The position numbers and the translations under genes were made by a program. A stretch of DNA of 64,000 nucleotides from Dendrobates tinctorius (Eukaryota), in assembly GCF_039654945.1 (NCBI RefSeq), contig NW_027361878.1, forward strand, positions 23,188,001 to 23,252,000, given 5' to 3'. Of this stretch, positions 59,723 through 64,000 are shown piece by piece (position 1 is the first letter of the stretch; each line of letters begins with the position of its first letter). The notes under the pieces are model-generated. The model searched no databases and was not told where the DNA came from. It worked only from the letters and a program-made list of their open reading frames with translations.

Positions 59723-60057
59723 GGCTGTGTGCACACGCTGCGGATTTTGCTTCGGTTCCGCAGCGGTTTTGGCCGCTGCGGGCTGCGGTGTACAGTACCA
59801 TGATTCCCTATGGGAATCAAAAACCGCAATGCAGACGGTGCGGAATTTTCCGCGCGGATTATCTGCGGTTTTCAATACGCAGAAAGAATTGACATGTCAA
59901 TTCTTTCTGCGGATTCTGCTGCGGTTTGCCATCTCCATTGAGGAGATGAAAAACCGCAGAGCAATCCGCATGTCAAACCGCAGGTATTTTGACCTGTGGA
60001 TTTTACAAAATCCGCGCGGATGAAACCGCACCTAATCCGCAGCATGTGCACACAGCC
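59723..60057. mobile_element. MITE, PIF/Harbinger-like
   Basis: TIR GGCTGTGTGCACA / TGTGCACACAGCC, TCA on both sides; very similar to 18763-19105. Confidence 0.82.
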
Positions 60058-60567
60058 TCAGAAGAGATGATTGATCCTATTTAAAGGAATCTTCCACTTT
60101 TGGGCACCATTTAAAAAAAAATAATACATTTTTTGCAGGAATTTTAAGAAATATCTTTGCCATTCTGTTTCCATTCCCTTTCGGTCCAGGGGCTTGACAA
60201 AAGCAAAATAGCTTATTTTTACTATGGCTACCTAAATATGCACATTAAAGTAATTAAAATAAATGGGCATTTCGATTTAAGCCCCAAAATACTAAAGTTA
60301 CTGTATAAGAGGGGCCTGCAAGGAGCTCAGGTCCTCTCATTTCTGCCCACTATACAGGACAAAGATCATGGGATGTTGTGAAACGCAGCAAAAAGGACGG
60401 TGACTTTAAGTCAGGACAAGTGGTCATAGTGCGCTTAAAAGCAGGTTGCAGTTGCAACATCGGCTTATACAGAATGTCCATCTGTGTCTCTTCCTCATTT
60501 TGTCTTTGTGTCGCCAGAAGTGAATTATCAACAATGTGACTAATGCAGTCATCTGTGCACAGTCATC

Positions 60568-60850
60568 ACTAGAACAAATCAAGCCAGACATGTCACTGGA
60601 AGGATCTCTAAGCTACGACTTGTCTACTTTGGACACATCATACAAAGAGAGCAATCACTGGAGAAGGACATCATGGTTGGAAGAATAGAAGGAACAAGAC
60701 AAAGAGGAAGACCAGCAACCCGATGGCTTGATACTATCAAGACCATGGCGGAGAAGATGCTGGTGGACCTATCTAGCTTGCACAAGATCGCTCTTCCTTC
60801 TGGTCGTTCATCCATTAAGTTGCCATGGCTCAAGAACAAGCTGAAGGCCT
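60568..60850 (+). mobile_element. RTE-clade LINE 3' fragment
   Basis: YFGHIIQRE.SLEKDIMVGRIEGTRQRGRPATRWLD, typical of an RTE ORF C-terminus. Confidence 0.8.
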
Positions 60851-61480
60851 TTATAAAAAAAAAATATATATATTCACACATACACTGTATGTATGTATTG
60901 TAAGATAGCGCTCCCAGGATCTCCCAACACTGACGCTCCAGGACCTTGCACCCTGAACCATTCAGGTACACACTCTCTCCCATGTGACCAGACCTCAGGC
61001 ATATTATATGGTACATAACCACACCCACAGTAGAGGTAAAGATCACATGGTCATGACCTCACTGCAGGTCCTTTTAACACACCCAGCCACATACACACAG
61101 GCTTTACTTTGGGCGTTCAGACACACACTCCTGGGTGGGTTTGTAGGTGACTGGTCCCACCCATCTCACCAAGTCACCTGGAAGCTTCCCTAATACACAG
61201 CAACAAACCCTCAGCAGTATATCTCTGCTGATCAATGCACGTTCCAGCTTCCATCACAAGACCACCCATCCTTGTGATACATATTGGCCATTTACAACCC
61301 TGCAACTCACCATTTCCCAATCACAATAAAGGAAACTATTGCAAAATCCAAAGATAGATGGCGGGCACCGTCTCATAGATACACACATCTGAACCGTACT
61401 TAGTATGTGTGAGAGAGACGCAGCCGGCAATTAACTGTTAACCCTTAGGTGCGCATTCATGAAAAATAAGCAAATCCAGA

Positions 61481-61657
61481 TTGCAAAAATGTAGAAAGAA
61501 TGGCACTCACCGGGTAAAGTAGTCAAGGCTTTATTGTAAAAGCATGTTAACGGGAGAACGGGTGCTGAAAGGAAGTAACGACGATCGTTTCGCATGGAGA
61601 AGGCGCTTCCACGGGTTACTTTACCCGGTGAGTGCCTTTCTTTCTACATTTTTGCAA
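61481..61657. repeat. Small fold-back element with a central hammerhead-like motif
   Basis: 41-bp arms 61481-61521 and 61617-61657; minus strand AAGTAAC-CCGTGGA-A-GCG..TGC-GAAAC GATC GTC-GTTACTT. Confidence 0.7.
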
Positions 61658-61789
61658 GCACAATAAAGGGAACACCTGCATGCAGTCCTGGGAAGGCCAT
61701 ACAGCAGCCCCTAGCTGTCACAGGGGTCACTACATCACAGTATGTATATGTACTGTATATATGTTCACATATATATATATATATATATA

Positions 61790-64000
61790 TAATAAATTTT
61801 ATTTCTATAGCGCCGACATATTCCGCAGCACTTTACATTTCAGAGGGGATTTGTACAGACAATAGACATTACAGCATAACAATAATCACATACATTATAA
61901 CAAATACCAAGAGGAATGAGGGTCCTGCTCACAAGCTTACAGTCTATGAGGAAAGAGGTAGACACGAAAGGTGGGTGGTAACAGTTGCCCTGATTGTATG
62001 GACCAGCCATAATGTTAAGTGAGTAACAGTACAGACACAGAGGGCTAATGGATGCAAAAAGAAAGTGGGAACATGATGCGGGGAACCTGGTTATGGTAAA
62101 ACTTTTGGCTGTGCCACACAGGGATAGATTAGGTTAATGTGTTGAGGCGATAGGCCAGTCTGAATAAATCCATTTTCAGGGCACGCTTAAAATTGTGGGA
62201 ATTGGGGACTAATCGTATTGACCTGGGAAGTGCATTCCAAAGAATTGGCGCAGCACGTGTAAAGTCTTGGAGACGGGAGTGGGAGGTTCTGATTATTGAG
62301 GATGCTAACCTCAGGTCATCAGCAGAACAGAGGGCGCGGATAGGGTGGTATACTGAAACAAGGGAGGAGATGTAGGGTGGTGCTGAGCCATGGAGGGCTT
62401 GTGCCAGTCATTACACTGGCTACCTATCCACTCCAGAATTCAGTATAAACTTATTACCCTCACCCACGTGAGGGTAATAAGTTTATACTGAATTCTGGAG
62501 TGGATGGGTAGCCAGTGTAAGGACTGGCACAAGGTAGAGGCATCGGTGTAACGATTGCTGAGGAATATGATCCTGGCTGCAGCATTCAAGACAGATTGGA
62601 GAGGGGAGAGTTTGGTAAGAGGGAGACCGATTAGAAGAGAGTTACAATAGTCGAGATGAGAATGAATAAGAGAAACAGTAAGAGATTTTGCAGAGTCAAA
62701 AGTAAGAAAAGGTCGAACTCTAGAAATGTTTTTGAGGTGCAGATGACAAGAGCGAGCCAGTGATCGAATGTGGGGGGCAAAGGAAAGCTCCGAGTCAAGT
62801 ATGACCCCAATACAGCGGGCCTGTTGCTGGGGAGTAATAGTGGAACCACACACGGAAATGGCAATGTCGGGTATAGGTACATTAGTAGAGGGAGGAAACA
62901 CAAGGAGTTCAGTCTTTGACAGGTTCAGTTTCAGATATAGTGAGGACATGATGTTAGACACAGCGTTTAGACAATTGCCAGTGTTTTCTAGAAAGGCTGG
63001 CGTGATGTCAGGAGAAGAAGCGTATAATTGGGTGTCATCAGCATAGAGATGGTACTGGAAACCAAATCTACTGATTGTTTGACCAATAGGGGCAGTGTAC
63101 AAGGAGAAGAGGAGGGGGCCTAGAACCGATCCTTGAGGGACCCCAACAGTAAGGGGAAGGTGAGAGGAGGAGGAACCGGCAAAAGATACAGTAAAGGAGC
63201 GGTCAGAGAGATAGGAGGAGAACCAGGAGAGAACGGTGTCCTTGAGGCCAATGGAACGGAGCATAGTGAGGAGGAGCTGATGATCCACAGTGTCGAATGC
63301 TGCAGAGAGATCCAAGAGAATTAGCATGGAGTAATGACCATTTGATTTAGCTGTTAGTAGATCATTAGAGACTTTAGTGAGGGCAGTTTCAGTAGAGTGT
63401 AAAGAGCGGAAACCGGATTGGAGAGGGTCGAGAAGAGAGTTATCAAAGAGATAGCGGATAAGATGGGAGTGGACCAGGCGTTCCAGGAGTTTAGAGATGA
63501 AGGGAAGATTAGAGACAGGTCTATAGTTAGCGGCACAGTTTTGCTCGAGGGATGGTTTTTTAAGTAGTGGATGTATGATGGCATGCTTAAATGAGGAGGG
63601 AAAGATACCAGAAGAGAGAGAGAGGTTAAATATTTTGGTTAGGTGAGGAGTGACAGCAGTGGAAAGGGACTGGAGTAGATGTGACGGAAATGGGTCACTG
63701 GTGCAAGTGGTTGGGCGAGAAGATGCAAGGAGACTGCTTACTTCTTCTTCTGTGACTGGTTCAAAATCAGAGAGTGAGCTAGATGCAGTGGGGGAGTGAG
63801 GACAGTACATGGTATGAGGTGATTGGGAGATAATTTCCTGTCGAATCTGGTCAATTTTTTCTTTGAAGTAATTGGCCAGTGGTTGGGGCCTGTACTCTTG
63901 GGTTGAGTAGAGAATGAAAAGTGTCAAAGAGACGTTTCGGGTTATTGGACAGTGAGGTGATGAGAGTGTTGAAATAGGTTTGTTTGGAGAGGTGAAGGGC
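61790..64000 (-). mobile_element. L2 (CR1-group) LINE, ORF2 RT region and 3' end; continues beyond the window
   Basis: Long RT frame followed by a 3' region homologous to 41200-41840. Confidence 0.93.
62440..63927 (-). CDS. L2 ORF2 reverse transcriptase (partial, 495-aa open frame)
   Basis: [47 protein letters not shown]; the frame is ended by an inverted duplication. Confidence 0.88.
   Translation of the reverse strand: MTLFILYSTQEYRPQPLANYFKEKIDQIRQEIISQSPHTMYCPHSPTASSSLSDFEPVTEEEVSSLLASSRPTTCTSDPFPSHLLQSLSTAVTPHLTKIFNLSLSSGIFPSSFKHAIIHPLLKKPSLEQNCAANYRPVSNLPFISKLLERLVHSHLIRYLFDNSLLDPLQSGFRSLHSTETALTKVSNDLLTAKSNGHYSMLILLDLSAAFDTVDHQLLLTMLRSIGLKDTVLSWFSSYLSDRSFTVSFAGSSSSHLPLTVGVPQGSVLGPLLFSLYTAPIGQTISRFGFQYHLYADDTQLYASSPDITPAFLENTGNCLNAVSNIMSSLYLKLNLSKTELLVFPPSTNVPIPDIAISVCGSTITPQQQARCIGVILDSELSFAPHIRSLARSCHLHLKNISRVRPFLTFDSAKSLTVSLIHSHLDYCNSLLIGLPLTKLSPLQSVLNAAARIIFLSNRYTDASTLCQSLHWLPIHSRIQYKLITLTWVRVISLY

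Overview
Eukaryotic, vertebrate genomic DNA, most likely a frog (inferred from the protein sequences and the DIRS, L2, Tc1, hAT, T2-MITE and Penelope-like repeat landscape). It holds the conserved gene trio esrra (+, 6 coding exons, 410 aa), trmt112 (-, 4 exons, 122 aa) and prdx5 (+, 6 exons, 189 aa, two in-frame AUGs); trmt112 and prdx5 share a 257-bp head-to-head promoter. Introns and flanks are packed with mobile DNA: a non-autonomous LTR element with a tRNA-Ser(CGA) primer site (631-5129), a near full-length DIRS retrotransposon (30494-35680), a Tc1 element, two L2 LINE segments, an RTE fragment and many MITEs. A G-rich minisatellite abuts an ERRE cluster in the esrra promoter. The most unexpected signal is RNA-structural. 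A 70-bp tandem array (57814-59377) has a monomer that reads as a minimal type-I hammerhead ribozyme with an A3-U8 core variant. Several dispersed fold-back elements carry related minimal hammerheads. The DIRS landed in one arm of such a fold-back, so the other arm preserves the empty target site and exposes a GAAAA crossover core. All calls were made by eye; no database search or folding program was run.
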